64,000 nucleotides of DNA from Candidatus Gorgyraea atricola (GCA_030765235.1 JAVCCW010000029.1:140939-204938), one strand, 5' to 3'; counted from the first letter of the stretch, positions 46,018 through 56,339 are shown. Numbers and translations: made by a program. The notes: generated by a model not told the origin, from the sequence alone.

Positions 46018-48345
46018 ATGTGGATTATGAGAAAGTTTAAAAAACATTACAATTTCAATATAAAGATTATATTCTTCATAGTTTCTGTTACATTTATATT
46101 TACAACCATTGTTCATTCTTGCCCAATTTCAAGAGGCTCACTAAGAGTTCCTTTTTTATTTCAAGACACAAGTAAAAAAGAGATAAAAGATAAGCCTAAT
46201 GCATTTATAATTAATGGAAAGAAACTATCCCCTTTGATTGCACCAACGGCAATTACTCACCGATTTGAAAGTGATGATTCTAGTGTTGCATGTATTCGTG
46301 AGCTCGCGCCAAATGTCGCATGTGACCTTGTTATAAAGTCTGAGACTCAAGTTTTTATTTTTTTACCAGGAGATATAGAAGAATTAAAGAAAAATTTTAC
46401 TTTAAGCGAGGCAGAGGAGTTGCTACAAAAAGCTAAATTTGGAAAGAATTCTGGTTTCTTCAAGCTGGGTAAAGAAGGAAGCATCCCTGAGTCAATGGGT
46501 ATTGAATATATAGAATTAGTTCAACAGGCACTAGTCGAATTGGGCGAAACAAGAGAGTTTATTGCGATAGGAAACACCAGCAAGGCCAAAACACAAGAGG
46601 AAGCCATAATAATGGCAGGACTGTGGGCCGGATTTTTAAAAATGCCTTATGTTAAGCTTGAGATCAGAGATCAAGATCTAATGACAAAGAATGATGAAAT
46701 AATAGATACTGTAGAACGATTGATCAAACTTAACAAGGATATTAAAATCCTCCCCTTAATAGGAAAAGGAATAACAAAAAAAATGCTAAAGAAATTATTG
46801 AACTTGAATCAAGTCATTGCGTTGCGTATCGAAGGAACGCAACCAGGCTCAGGTAAAGGTTTGGGAACAGAAAAGGAGAAAGATCGAATAAAAAAGATTA
46901 TTACTTGGGTTAAAGAGATAAAACCAGATATTCCATTGATTGCCGAATGTGGTATAGGTATGCCTGAACATGCTAAGGAAGCAATGAATATGGGATTCGA
47001 TGCTGTTTTAGTAAACGCGGCTATCACTGAATCTGATACTCCAGTTGAACTCGCTGTTGAATTCGCCAAAGCTGTTAACGATGCTACAAGGGTATCGCAA
47101 CCACATATCTGGCTTAAAAGAGAAAATATAGATAAATTTTATACCCAGTTCTTGAAGAAAAATATATTATCTGAGATTCTCGAAAAGGTAAATGAGGCGA
47201 TTAGACAAGGCCGCACTCGCAAGTTTTTTGTTGGCAAATATGAGTTACTTAAATTGCCGTCATCAAATATAGTTATGGCAAAGATTACATTTCCTGATTT
47301 GGTTAAGCCGAGAGCAACTACAAATGCAATAGAAGCAGGTAAGAGCACTCTTGTAAAGCCAAGTTTTTTAAAAGTAGACCAAGATGATTTACTATATGAT
47401 TTAGATAAAATAGGATTACCATATAATTTTTTAGTTAGACATGCACCTTTTTGTAAAGATCAATTTATGTTTTGTAACAAGAAAGATAAATATATTGGCT
47501 TTGTACCGTTAATGATTATGTATGTTTTAGGAAAGATAAACCCTGATATTAGATGCTATCATCAATCTTCAGGTGCTGGAGCCACAGATCCCACTTTTCC
47601 TCACTATTCGTTCTTTTTTAAGATAGATATGAATGATATAAAGAATCCTGTTGTAGAAAATGAACTATTCAATACATCAATCGATCTAAGCGCACCTATT
47701 TTATCATTACCAACAAAGAAGATGCAAGACTATCCCAACTTACCTATTAATATGCTACCAAATTATCCTGGGGCTAATTTTATCATTGAAGGGGAGGATA
47801 TAGTAAAAAATATCTTCATCACTCTGTTTATAATAAGATTGTTGGATGAGTTAAAATTATCATATAATTTTATTTATGCTGATGGTCGTTATTATATTTT
47901 TGTAAAATCAACTCAATATGGCGGAGAAGGAATTTTTAGTACTCTGAAAGTAGGGATATTAGAAACAATCGGTTATTTTGTTCTTGATGGAAGATCTTGT
48001 AAGGAGATTGAAGAGTCTTTAGTCAGAGACAGAATGAATCTGGAGTTTAACAGCTTAGACGGCCATATGTATGAGGAAATATTGAAAGACATTTTGTCTA
48101 AAGAGAAAGACCTCGAATTTGTTTACAAAAGACTAAAAAAACTTGATCAATGGTTTGCGGTTTTAGAATCACTAAACCTAGCTCCTGTAGAAGAAATTTT
48201 ATCACGATTATCTCCGATATTGTCAGATAGAAAAAATAACATAAGTGCTTTTATTGAATCATTGCCTATAGATAAAAATCTTATATCTGAGTTACTAGGT
48301 GATAAATTGCTAGACCAGGTTAGGGCCATTGATTTTTATTTGTAG
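46018..48345 (+). CDS. Large signal-anchored protein with a central ThiG-like (thiazole synthase) TIM-barrel domain; the N- and C-terminal extensions are unknown
   Basis: Residues ~195-365 parallel ThiG: YVKLEIRDQDLMTKNDEIIDTVERL, GTQPGSGKGLG, IPLIAECGIGMPEHAKEAMNMGFDAVLVNAAI (compare ThiG [26 protein letters not shown]). Hydrophobic N-terminus. Strongly AT-rich, no obvious SD, flanked by the MITE and a terminator. Confidence 0.5.
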   Translation: MWIMRKFKKHYNFNIKIIFFIVSVTFIFTTIVHSCPISRGSLRVPFLFQDTSKKEIKDKPNAFIINGKKLSPLIAPTAITHRFESDDSSVACIRELAPNVACDLVIKSETQVFIFLPGDIEELKKNFTLSEAEELLQKAKFGKNSGFFKLGKEGSIPESMGIEYIELVQQALVELGETREFIAIGNTSKAKTQEEAIIMAGLWAGFLKMPYVKLEIRDQDLMTKNDEIIDTVERLIKLNKDIKILPLIGKGITKKMLKKLLNLNQVIALRIEGTQPGSGKGLGTEKEKDRIKKIITWVKEIKPDIPLIAECGIGMPEHAKEAMNMGFDAVLVNAAITESDTPVELAVEFAKAVNDATRVSQPHIWLKRENIDKFYTQFLKKNILSEILEKVNEAIRQGRTRKFFVGKYELLKLPSSNIVMAKITFPDLVKPRATTNAIEAGKSTLVKPSFLKVDQDDLLYDLDKIGLPYNFLVRHAPFCKDQFMFCNKKDKYIGFVPLMIMYVLGKINPDIRCYHQSSGAGATDPTFPHYSFFFKIDMNDIKNPVVENELFNTSIDLSAPILSLPTKKMQDYPNLPINMLPNYPGANFIIEGEDIVKNIFITLFIIRLLDELKLSYNFIYADGRYYIFVKSTQYGGEGIFSTLKVGILETIGYFVLDGRSCKEIEESLVRDRMNLEFNSLDGHMYEEILKDILSKEKDLEFVYKRLKKLDQWFAVLESLNLAPVEEILSRLSPILSDRKNNISAFIESLPIDKNLISELLGDKLLDQVRAIDFYL

Positions 48346-48438
48346 GTGTTAGAGGTATTAGTAAAGTATTAGGGACGGTTCTCAGCCCAATCCCAGGCCT
48401 GTCTTTAAAATTCAATAAAGTCCAATCAGTTTTCACTT

Positions 48439-48484
48439 AACTTTACATTTTAGGTCTTGCTTTAAATGTAAAGTTATTTTTTTG
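48439..48484 (+). terminator. Rho-independent terminator (12-bp stem AACTTTACATTT...AAATGTAAAGTT, then a T-tract)
   Basis: Seen directly, downstream of the 775-aa ORF. A TTGACT-17-TATTAT promoter for glk follows. Confidence 0.75.
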
Positions 48485-48518
48485 TGATTGACTAAAATCT
48501 TGAGTTACGGTATTATAA

Positions 48519-49430
48519 GTGGCAATGAGTAAACGGCTTAAGATAGGGATTGATTTGGGGGCTACTCGGATAAAGATGGGGCTTGTGGGCCGAGGTGGTA
48601 GGGTTTTGGCTCGGCGCGAGGTGGATACTCCTTTTAATGCGAAAAGAGTCGAGCTTATTAGTATTTTAGTGGGGAATATAGATTATATAATAAAAGAATC
48701 TAGATTTAATAGGAGAGATATCGCGGGCATAGGAATAGGTGTGCCTGGACCTGTGGACTCAAAGAAGGGTATAGTGCGTTATTTTCCTAACATAAAAGGA
48801 TGGGAGAATGTCCCACTTAAGTCTATATTGCAGAGACGATTAGGTTTAAAGGTCAACCTGGACAATGACGTGAACGCAATGACACTTGCAGAGCACAAGT
48901 TTGGCGCTGGCAAAGGCGCGGATAATCTCGTCTGCCTTACTCTTGGCACAGGTGTTGGCGGCGGCATTATACTTAGTGGAGAGCTATATAGAGGCAGTAC
49001 AATGGTCGCGGGAGAGATAGGCCATATTCCTATAAATGAAAAAGGACCCCGGTGTAATTGCAGAGGGACTGCGTGTATTGAAAGATATGTAGGAAACAGA
49101 TATATACTGAATAGAGCAAGAAAGATCTTCGGAAAAAATATAACACTTAAGCGCATAGATAAACTTGCAAAGAACGGCAATAAAAAAGCAATAGGTATTT
49201 GGGCTGATGTTGGCATAAAGCTAGGCGTCATGCTTACAGGTGTAGTAAATCTCTTAAATCCTGACAAGATCATTATAGGTGGTGGTGTTTCAAAGGCAGG
49301 CGAGTTGATTCTAAAGCCTCTGAGACAAGAGTTAAAGACACGCGCAATGAAAGACCCTGCTGCTCACATAAAGATAGTTCGCGCAAAGCTTGGCACTGAC
49401 GCAGGAATAATCGGAGCATCCTTACTGTGA
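48519..49430 (+). CDS. glk: ROK-family glucokinase
   Basis: GTG start. IGIDLGATRIKMGLV, the ROK Zn motif CNCRGTACIERY, and GGGV. Confidence 0.85.
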   Translation: MAMSKRLKIGIDLGATRIKMGLVGRGGRVLARREVDTPFNAKRVELISILVGNIDYIIKESRFNRRDIAGIGIGVPGPVDSKKGIVRYFPNIKGWENVPLKSILQRRLGLKVNLDNDVNAMTLAEHKFGAGKGADNLVCLTLGTGVGGGIILSGELYRGSTMVAGEIGHIPINEKGPRCNCRGTACIERYVGNRYILNRARKIFGKNITLKRIDKLAKNGNKKAIGIWADVGIKLGVMLTGVVNLLNPDKIIIGGGVSKAGELILKPLRQELKTRAMKDPAAHIKIVRAKLGTDAGIIGASLL

Positions 49431-51631
49431 AATCCCAAATCCCAAATTCAAAATCCCAAATAAATCCCAAATCCCAAATCCCAAAACATGGTTGGGATTT
49501 TGAAATTGGGATTTATTTGGTAGTATTGGTATTATTGGGATTTGGGATTTTCGTGCATATTTTTTTTATGCCCGATGTAGCTAGCGCTCAAGAGGCCGCA
49601 CGGCCCGTAGAAGTAAACGGCGATCAGGTGGAGTATTTCCCAAAAGAAAAAAAGGTCACTGGTGTTGGCGACGTGTCTGTTGATTACGAGGACGTGAGAC
49701 TTACGTGCGATAAGATAACAGTGTACACAGAGACAAAAGACGCGGACGCGGAAGGGAATGTACTCATAAAGAGCCTGGCTAGCGAAATAAAGGGCGAGAG
49801 GGTAAAATATAATTTTGAAACTAAGGTAGGAGAAATATTAGAACCCAGGATAAAATCAGGCGAGTGGTATGCTGGAGGAGACAGGGCAGAGTTTGTCTCA
49901 GATGGTTCAATAAATGTCGGAGAGGGTTACATGACAAGCTGCGATCTCGACAAGCCGCACTATAAGATCAGCTCAAAGAATATCATAATATATCCTGACA
50001 ATAAGGTCGTGGCAAAGAATGTGATCTTCAAGGTCGGCAAGGTGCCGGTCGCGTATTTGCCGCGATATGATTATTCTCTGGATACAGACTGGCCCACAGT
50101 GGATGTGATCCCCGGTAAAAAGAAAAAATGGGGCGCATTTGCCCTTACCAGCTACAGGTATGCGTTGAACGAAGACAATAAGCTGACGCTCAGGCTGGAC
50201 GAAAGAGAGAAATGGGGATTTGGCGAGGGCATTGATTATAAATATGGATCCGGAGAGGTTGGCGAGGGTATTCTGCGGACATATTATACACATCAGAGAG
50301 ATAGGGATAGGGGCGAGGTTGGCATAAGGGCGGAAGAGGAAAGATTCAGGATACAGCTGCGGCATCGCTCAGATATAACTGATACAACAAGCGCCATAAT
50401 CGAATATCACGAGCTCAGTGACGTGGATTTCACAAAGGATTTTTTTTACAGGGAAGAGTATGACAGCGAATCATCACCTGAGTCATATTTTTATCTATTA
50501 GATACGCAGCCAGAGTATTCCCTGAGCCTTCTGGCGCGCAAAAGGATGAATCGATTTCAGAGCGTTGTTGAGCGCTTACCAGAAGCAAGGTTTGACCTTA
50601 AAGACCAGAAGATGTTTGATCTGCCAATCTACTTTAAAACAGACACGGCTTTTAGCAGTCTGAGCTCTAAGACAGGAAACAGCTCTACAGATAGCGATGT
50701 CATAAGATTTGATACATATAATAAGTTAAGCGCGCCTCTGCACCTCGTAGATTTCCTGAGTGTTTCACCTTTTGTTGGGACCCGGGGCACCTTTTATACC
50801 AAGGACATAGACGGTGACGAGGAAGAATTCAGGACAGCCTTTTACACAGGTGTAGACCTGAGTACAAAGTTCGCAAAGACATATGATGCATCAGGTAGTT
50901 TTCTCGGAGTTGATTTTGACAGGCTTCATCACGTCATTACTCCTACGATAGAATACGAGTATATACATGAGCCATCTATGACGCCGGGTAATCTGCAGCA
51001 GTTCGACGATATTGATAATGTAGAGAGAAAAAGCGCCTTTGGCCTGGGCTTTGAAAACAGGCTACAGACAAAGAGATTAGTCGATGGTAAATTAAGGACA
51101 GTAGATCTTGGATGGTTTTTATTGACAGGAGATTATCTGTATAAGCCGGAAAACGGTAGCCGTTTTTCAGATGTAAAAGGAGATCTGGAGCTTACACCTT
51201 TTGACTGGCTCAGGATAGAGTCAGATACAGAGTATGATCCTGCTACCAGAGATTTTCAGAGCTGGAATGTGGATTTGAATATCAATAAGAATGAAGACTG
51301 GCAGCTGGGGTTTGGTTCCAGGTACTGGCAGGATGAAGAACATGAACTTACCTCGCAATTATTCTATAGGCTGAATAATGAGTGGGCGGTCAGGCTTTTT
51401 GGCAGATATGATTTAAAGGAGGTCGAACCTGATGGCCATAAGATAATCAATAGGTTTGACACAAAGGAGATAACTGTTATAAAAGATTTACACTGCTGGA
51501 TAGCTGAGGCAAGTCTTGAGATAGGCAGGGATGGCGGCATAACTGCCTGGTTTACCATGAAGCTCAAGGCCTCCCCCAAAGTGCCCTTTGATTTTGGAGA
51601 CTACTATGCGTATCCAAAGGAGAAACCATGA
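49427..51631 (+). CDS. lptD: LPS-assembly outer-membrane protein LptD (OstA)
   Basis: The OstA N-domain (VNGDQVEY...GNV.I........A..I.Y) and a long beta-barrel region. The true start may be an internal TTG (LVVLVLLGFGIFVHIFF...) downstream of the heptamer array. Confidence 0.75.
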   Translation: MKSQIPNSKSQINPKSQIPKHGWDFEIGIYLVVLVLLGFGIFVHIFFMPDVASAQEAARPVEVNGDQVEYFPKEKKVTGVGDVSVDYEDVRLTCDKITVYTETKDADAEGNVLIKSLASEIKGERVKYNFETKVGEILEPRIKSGEWYAGGDRAEFVSDGSINVGEGYMTSCDLDKPHYKISSKNIIIYPDNKVVAKNVIFKVGKVPVAYLPRYDYSLDTDWPTVDVIPGKKKKWGAFALTSYRYALNEDNKLTLRLDEREKWGFGEGIDYKYGSGEVGEGILRTYYTHQRDRDRGEVGIRAEEERFRIQLRHRSDITDTTSAIIEYHELSDVDFTKDFFYREEYDSESSPESYFYLLDTQPEYSLSLLARKRMNRFQSVVERLPEARFDLKDQKMFDLPIYFKTDTAFSSLSSKTGNSSTDSDVIRFDTYNKLSAPLHLVDFLSVSPFVGTRGTFYTKDIDGDEEEFRTAFYTGVDLSTKFAKTYDASGSFLGVDFDRLHHVITPTIEYEYIHEPSMTPGNLQQFDDIDNVERKSAFGLGFENRLQTKRLVDGKLRTVDLGWFLLTGDYLYKPENGSRFSDVKGDLELTPFDWLRIESDTEYDPATRDFQSWNVDLNINKNEDWQLGFGSRYWQDEEHELTSQLFYRLNNEWAVRLFGRYDLKEVEPDGHKIINRFDTKEITVIKDLHCWIAEASLEIGRDGGITAWFTMKLKASPKVPFDFGDYYAYPKEKP
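49431..49560. repeat. Array of AATCCCA heptamer repeats arranged as a long imperfect inverted repeat (AAATCCCAAATCCCAAA... / ...TTGGGATTTGGGATTT)
   Basis: Seen directly at the glk/lptD junction. It is translated as the KSQIPNSKSQINPKSQIP N-terminal extension in the track ORF. Confidence 0.85.
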
Positions 51632-52923
51632 ATATTTGTATAATCGGCGCAGGTTACGTGGGATTAGTGACAGGCGCGTGTTTTGCTGATCTAGGTCATA
51701 AAGTCATCTGCGTGGATAATGATAAGAAGAAGGTAGAGACGCTGAAAAGGTCAAAGATACCTTTTTATGAAAAAGGCCTCGGGGATATGGTGAGGAGAAA
51801 TATAAAGGCCGGGCGGTTATCTTTTACAGATAGCATAAAAGATGGCGTAAAGAAATCCCTTGTTATTTTTATTTGCGTTGGCACCCCGAGTCGACAAAAC
51901 GGAGAAGCTGACCTTTCGTACGTAGAGACAGTGGCAAAAGAGATCGCCGCGAACATGACTTCGTATCGCCTTATAGTCGAGAAAAGCACAGTCCCTGTTG
52001 AGACGGGAAAATGGGTAGAGCATACGATAAAGTTAAACATCAAGAAGAAAGTAAAGTTTGACGTTGCCTCTAATCCGGAATTTTTACGAGAGGGCACAGC
52101 GATACAGGATTTTTTGCATCCTGACAGGGTCGTAATAGGCGTAGGGTCTAAAAAGGCAGAGGAGATCCTTCTGGAATTATACAGGCGGATCAGCACAGAG
52201 ATCGTAGTGACTGACATAGCGAGCGCAGAGCTTATAAAACATGCCGCAAATTCTTTTCTTGCCACAAAAATATCTTTTATAAATTCAGTCGCGAATATCT
52301 GCGAGCGCACAGGAGCAGACATTAAAAAGGTAGCGCGCGGCATGGGCCTTGATGCCAGGATAGGAAGGGGCTTTCTAAATAGCGGCATAGGTTATGGAGG
52401 CTCGTGTTTTCCTAAGGATGTAGACGCGTTTATCCATATATCAGGTAAATTAGGATATGACTTTGGCATCCTTAAGGCCGCGAGAAAGGTAAACGAGGAG
52501 CAAAAGGCGCTTTTTGTCCGGAAGATCGAAGAAGCGCTCTGGATAGTGAAAGGCAAGACCATAGCTGTCCTGGGAGTTTCTTTTAAGCCAAATACCGATG
52601 ATATGAGAAGCGCTCCATCAATAGATATTATAAATTCTCTAAAAGAGGACGACGCTAAAGTAAGGGTCTATGATCCACAGGCAATGAAAAAGGCAAAGGC
52701 CGTAATAAAGGGAAAAGGCGTTACTTTTTGTAAGACCGCATATGATGCAGTCAAGAATAGCGATGCGCTTGTAATAGTTACAGAATGGCATGAGTTCGAA
52801 GTCCTGGATCTGAGTCGTATAAAGAGATCAATGAAGAATCCGTTAGTTATAGATGGGAGAAATATTTTTGAACCTGATAAGATGAAGAAGTTGGGATTTA
52901 AGTATATTTCAATAGGCAGATGA
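51628..52923 (+). CDS. ugd: UDP-glucose 6-dehydrogenase family protein
   Basis: ICIIGAGYVGLVTGACFADLGH.V.CVD and GYGGSCFPKD. Confidence 0.85.
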   Translation: MNICIIGAGYVGLVTGACFADLGHKVICVDNDKKKVETLKRSKIPFYEKGLGDMVRRNIKAGRLSFTDSIKDGVKKSLVIFICVGTPSRQNGEADLSYVETVAKEIAANMTSYRLIVEKSTVPVETGKWVEHTIKLNIKKKVKFDVASNPEFLREGTAIQDFLHPDRVVIGVGSKKAEEILLELYRRISTEIVVTDIASAELIKHAANSFLATKISFINSVANICERTGADIKKVARGMGLDARIGRGFLNSGIGYGGSCFPKDVDAFIHISGKLGYDFGILKAARKVNEEQKALFVRKIEEALWIVKGKTIAVLGVSFKPNTDDMRSAPSIDIINSLKEDDAKVRVYDPQAMKKAKAVIKGKGVTFCKTAYDAVKNSDALVIVTEWHEFEVLDLSRIKRSMKNPLVIDGRNIFEPDKMKKLGFKYISIGR

Positions 52924-53366
52924 TAAAAGACGTTAAGATAAAAAAACTCAAGTTAATTCCTGATGAGCGGGGCAGGCTCATGGAGATCCTTCGTTCAGAT
53001 GATGAGATATTTCAGCGGTTCGGCCAGGTGTATATGACGACTGCTTATCCTGGAGTAATAAAGGCATGGCATTATCATAAAAAACAGGATGATCATTTTA
53101 CATGCATATCCGGTACAATGCGGCTCGCGCTTTATGATGCACGCAAGGATTCTGATACATATAAAGAAGTTAACGAGTTTATTGTAGGTCTGGACGATCC
53201 TATGCTGGTCAAGATACCAAAATGCGTATACCATGGATTCAAGTGCGTTAGCGACAAAGAGGCAATTGTAATAAATACGCCCACACTGCCATATAACAGC
53301 AAAGAACCAGACGAATACCGTGTGGACGCGTTTGAGAATGATATTCCTTATGATTGGAGGAAATGA
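52920..53366 (+). CDS. RmlC-like cupin (dTDP-4-dehydrorhamnose 3,5-epimerase-like / sugar ketoisomerase)
   Basis: DERG.L.E..R....F......Q...T....GV.KAWHYH, an RmlC-type motif. Confidence 0.55.
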   Translation: MIKDVKIKKLKLIPDERGRLMEILRSDDEIFQRFGQVYMTTAYPGVIKAWHYHKKQDDHFTCISGTMRLALYDARKDSDTYKEVNEFIVGLDDPMLVKIPKCVYHGFKCVSDKEAIVINTPTLPYNSKEPDEYRVDAFENDIPYDWRK

Positions 53367-54088
53367 TAATGAAGGGTGTAATATTAGCTGGAGGACTCGG
53401 TAAGCGACTTGAACCCTTGACTCGGATCACAAACAAGCATCTTTTGCCTGTGTATGATAAGCCCATGATATATTATCCTATACAGACTCTTGTGGAAGCG
53501 GGAATAAAGGATATCCTTATTGTTACTGGCGAGAATCATGCAGGCGAGTTCTTAAGGCTATTAGGCAATGGCAAAGAATTCGGCTTAAAGCATATAAATT
53601 ATATTTACCAAAAGGGCGAGGGGGGTATTGCAGAGGCGTTGGGCCTTGCAGAACATTTTGTAGATAATGGCAAGGTGATAGTGGTTCTTGGCGATAATAT
53701 CATTGAAAAATCAATAAAGCAACATATCGAAGATTTTAAAAAACAACAAAAAGGCGCGAAGATCCTTATAAAGGAAGTGGATGACCCTGAGAGATTTGGC
53801 GTGCCTGAGCTAAAAAATGACAAGATCGTAAAAATAGAAGAAAAACCAAAAAGGCCTAAATCAAAATACGCTGTCACAGGCATTTACATGTATGATACAA
53901 GGGTCTTTGAGATAATAAAGACATTGAAGCCATCTGATAGAGGCGAGCTTGAGATCACGGATGTGAATAATGATTATATTACTCGCAGCGAGATGACGTT
54001 TTCTGTTTTAGATGGCTGGTGGACAGACTGCGGCACGCACGAGTCGCTACTGAGTGCGAGCAATCTAGTGGAGAAAAAAGTTAAATGA
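53354..54088 (+). CDS. Glucose-1-phosphate thymidylyltransferase-like nucleotidyltransferase (short form)
   Basis: GVILAGGLGKRLEPLTRITNKHLLPVYDKPMIYYPI. Confidence 0.7.
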   Translation: MEEMIMKGVILAGGLGKRLEPLTRITNKHLLPVYDKPMIYYPIQTLVEAGIKDILIVTGENHAGEFLRLLGNGKEFGLKHINYIYQKGEGGIAEALGLAEHFVDNGKVIVVLGDNIIEKSIKQHIEDFKKQQKGAKILIKEVDDPERFGVPELKNDKIVKIEEKPKRPKSKYAVTGIYMYDTRVFEIIKTLKPSDRGELEITDVNNDYITRSEMTFSVLDGWWTDCGTHESLLSASNLVEKKVK

Positions 54089-55038
54089 GATTATTGATTA
54101 CAGGTGGGTGCGGGTTTATTGGATCTAATTTCATTCGCTATATGCTCAAGAAGCACCCATCTTACAGGATTATAAATCTGGATAAGCTTACATATTGCGG
54201 TCGCCGGGAAAATCTCAAGGATGTTGAAAGGGATAAGCGCTATACATTTGTAAAGGGCGATATCTGCAACGAGAAGCTGGTCGCTAAATCAATGAAGAAT
54301 TGTGACGCTGTGATAAACTTCGCAGCTGAATCGCATGTCGATAGATCTATTAGCGATGCCTCGGATTTCATCCGCACTAATGTGCACGGCGTGCAGGTAC
54401 TTTTGGACGCTGCGAGAAAAAATAGAATTAAGAAATTCATTCAGATCTCAACAGATGAAACATACGGCAGCATTAAAAGAGGTTCTTTTAAGGAGACGAG
54501 CCTCTTACATCCTAACAGTCCTTATGCTGCATCTAAGGCAGGCGGAGACCATCTGGCATTGGCGTACTATACGACATTTAAGACACCTGTTATTGTCACA
54601 AGGAGCAGCAATAATTTTGGGCCATACCAGTTTCCTGAAAAGGTAATGCCACTTTTTATTACAAACCTCCTGGAGAACAAAAAGGTGCCTCTTTATGGAG
54701 ATGGGATGAATGTGCGTGACTGGTTGTATGTCCTGGACAACTGCAGGGCCATAGATGTAATTTTACATAGGGGTAAGAACGGTGAGATCTATAATATCGG
54801 CGGCAGTTATGAGATACCTAATATAAAACTCACGCGCATGATATTAAAACTCCTGGGCAAATCCAGCAGGATGATAAAATATGTGCCTGACAGACTTGGC
54901 CATGACAGACGCTATTCTCTAAGTTCATCAAAGATAAAAAGGCTTGGCTGGCAACCAACAAAGGATTTTAACGCGGCAATAAAAGAGACAATTGAATGGT
55001 ACAAGGACAATAAATCGTGGTGGAAGAGGCTAAAATGA
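54085..55038 (+). CDS. rmlB: dTDP-glucose 4,6-dehydratase
   Basis: LITGGCGFIGSNFIRY and the SDR YxxxK (YAASKAGGDHL). Confidence 0.85.
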   Translation: MRLLITGGCGFIGSNFIRYMLKKHPSYRIINLDKLTYCGRRENLKDVERDKRYTFVKGDICNEKLVAKSMKNCDAVINFAAESHVDRSISDASDFIRTNVHGVQVLLDAARKNRIKKFIQISTDETYGSIKRGSFKETSLLHPNSPYAASKAGGDHLALAYYTTFKTPVIVTRSSNNFGPYQFPEKVMPLFITNLLENKKVPLYGDGMNVRDWLYVLDNCRAIDVILHRGKNGEIYNIGGSYEIPNIKLTRMILKLLGKSSRMIKYVPDRLGHDRRYSLSSSKIKRLGWQPTKDFNAAIKETIEWYKDNKSWWKRLK

Positions 55039-56339
55039 TAAACCAATTGAAATCTAAAATTACAGACAAGAGCGCGAATATCGGCATAATCGGACTTGGT
55101 TATGTGGGGCTTCCGCTTGCAGTAGAATTCGCAAAGGCAGGATTCAGTGTGACAGGTTTTGACGCTGATAATGAAAAGCTCTCCCAGATTCACAAGGGGG
55201 AATCTTATATATTGGATGTTTCGTCAAAGGATGTAAGGGATTTAACCTCGTCCAAAAAATTAATTGCCACGCCTGACAAGGCCTTGCTTAACAAGATGGA
55301 CGCGATTATTATCTGTGTGCCTACGCCTCTTCGCAAGACAAAGGAACCAGATATCTCATTCATACTTTCAGCTGCAGAGGATATAGTAGCCAGTCTCAGA
55401 AAAGGTCAACTCGTAGTACTTGAGAGTACGACCTATCCAGGCACTACTGATGAAGTAATACTCGCTAAGTTAGGCGCAGACAGCTTAAAAGTTGGAAAGG
55501 ATTTTTTTCTCGCGTTTTCTCCTGAGAGAGTAGACCCTGGAAATCCAAAATACAAGACAAAGGACATCCCGAAAGTAGTTGGAGGTGTTACTGAGACATG
55601 CACTGAACTTACAAAGCTTTTGTATTCTCAGATAATTAAAGAGGTGATTCCTGTATCCAGCACGCGTTCAGCAGAGATGGTAAAACTTCTTGAAAATACA
55701 TTTCGCGCTGTAAACATAGGCCTTATTAATGAACTGGCCCTTATGTGCAATAAGATGAATCTTGATATCTGGGAAATCATAGACGCTGCCAAGACAAAAC
55801 CATTCGGGTTTATGCCGTTTTATCCTGGCCCTGGCTGGGGAGGGCATTGCATTCCGTGCGATCCAATATATCTTTCGTGGAAGGCGAGACTACATGGTTT
55901 TGAAGCAAGATTTATAGAGCTGGCAGCAGAGATAAACTCTTATATGCCGCATCATGTCGTAGAGAAAATTTCAGATGGATTAAACAACCAGAAGAAGGCC
56001 CTGAAGGGCTCAAAGATCCTTATAATAGGTATCACATATAAGAAAGACATCAATGATATGAGGGAATCGCCTTCACTCGCGATAATAAATGCGCTTATTG
56101 AAAAAGAGGCAAAGGTTCAGTATCATGATCCCCTGGTGCCGAGTTTTAAAATAGATGGATTAAAGCTCGACTCTGTAGATTTGACAAAAGAAAATATCTC
56201 TTCAAGCGATTGTGCCGTACTTGTTACAGATCACACGTCACTGAATTATAGACTGATAGCGGATAACGCAAAACTGATCCTTGATACTCGCAATGCGTTG
56301 AAAGAGTTTAAAAAGAATGGGAATGTAATAACTTTATAG
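55035..56339 (+). CDS. UDP-N-acetyl-D-glucosamine / mannosamine 6-dehydrogenase family
   Basis: IGIIGLGYVGLPLAVEFAKAGF.V.GFD and GPGWGGHCIPCDP. Start taken at the ATG that overlaps the rmlB stop. Confidence 0.75.
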   Translation: MINQLKSKITDKSANIGIIGLGYVGLPLAVEFAKAGFSVTGFDADNEKLSQIHKGESYILDVSSKDVRDLTSSKKLIATPDKALLNKMDAIIICVPTPLRKTKEPDISFILSAAEDIVASLRKGQLVVLESTTYPGTTDEVILAKLGADSLKVGKDFFLAFSPERVDPGNPKYKTKDIPKVVGGVTETCTELTKLLYSQIIKEVIPVSSTRSAEMVKLLENTFRAVNIGLINELALMCNKMNLDIWEIIDAAKTKPFGFMPFYPGPGWGGHCIPCDPIYLSWKARLHGFEARFIELAAEINSYMPHHVVEKISDGLNNQKKALKGSKILIIGITYKKDINDMRESPSLAIINALIEKEAKVQYHDPLVPSFKIDGLKLDSVDLTKENISSSDCAVLVTDHTSLNYRLIADNAKLILDTRNALKEFKKNGNVITL

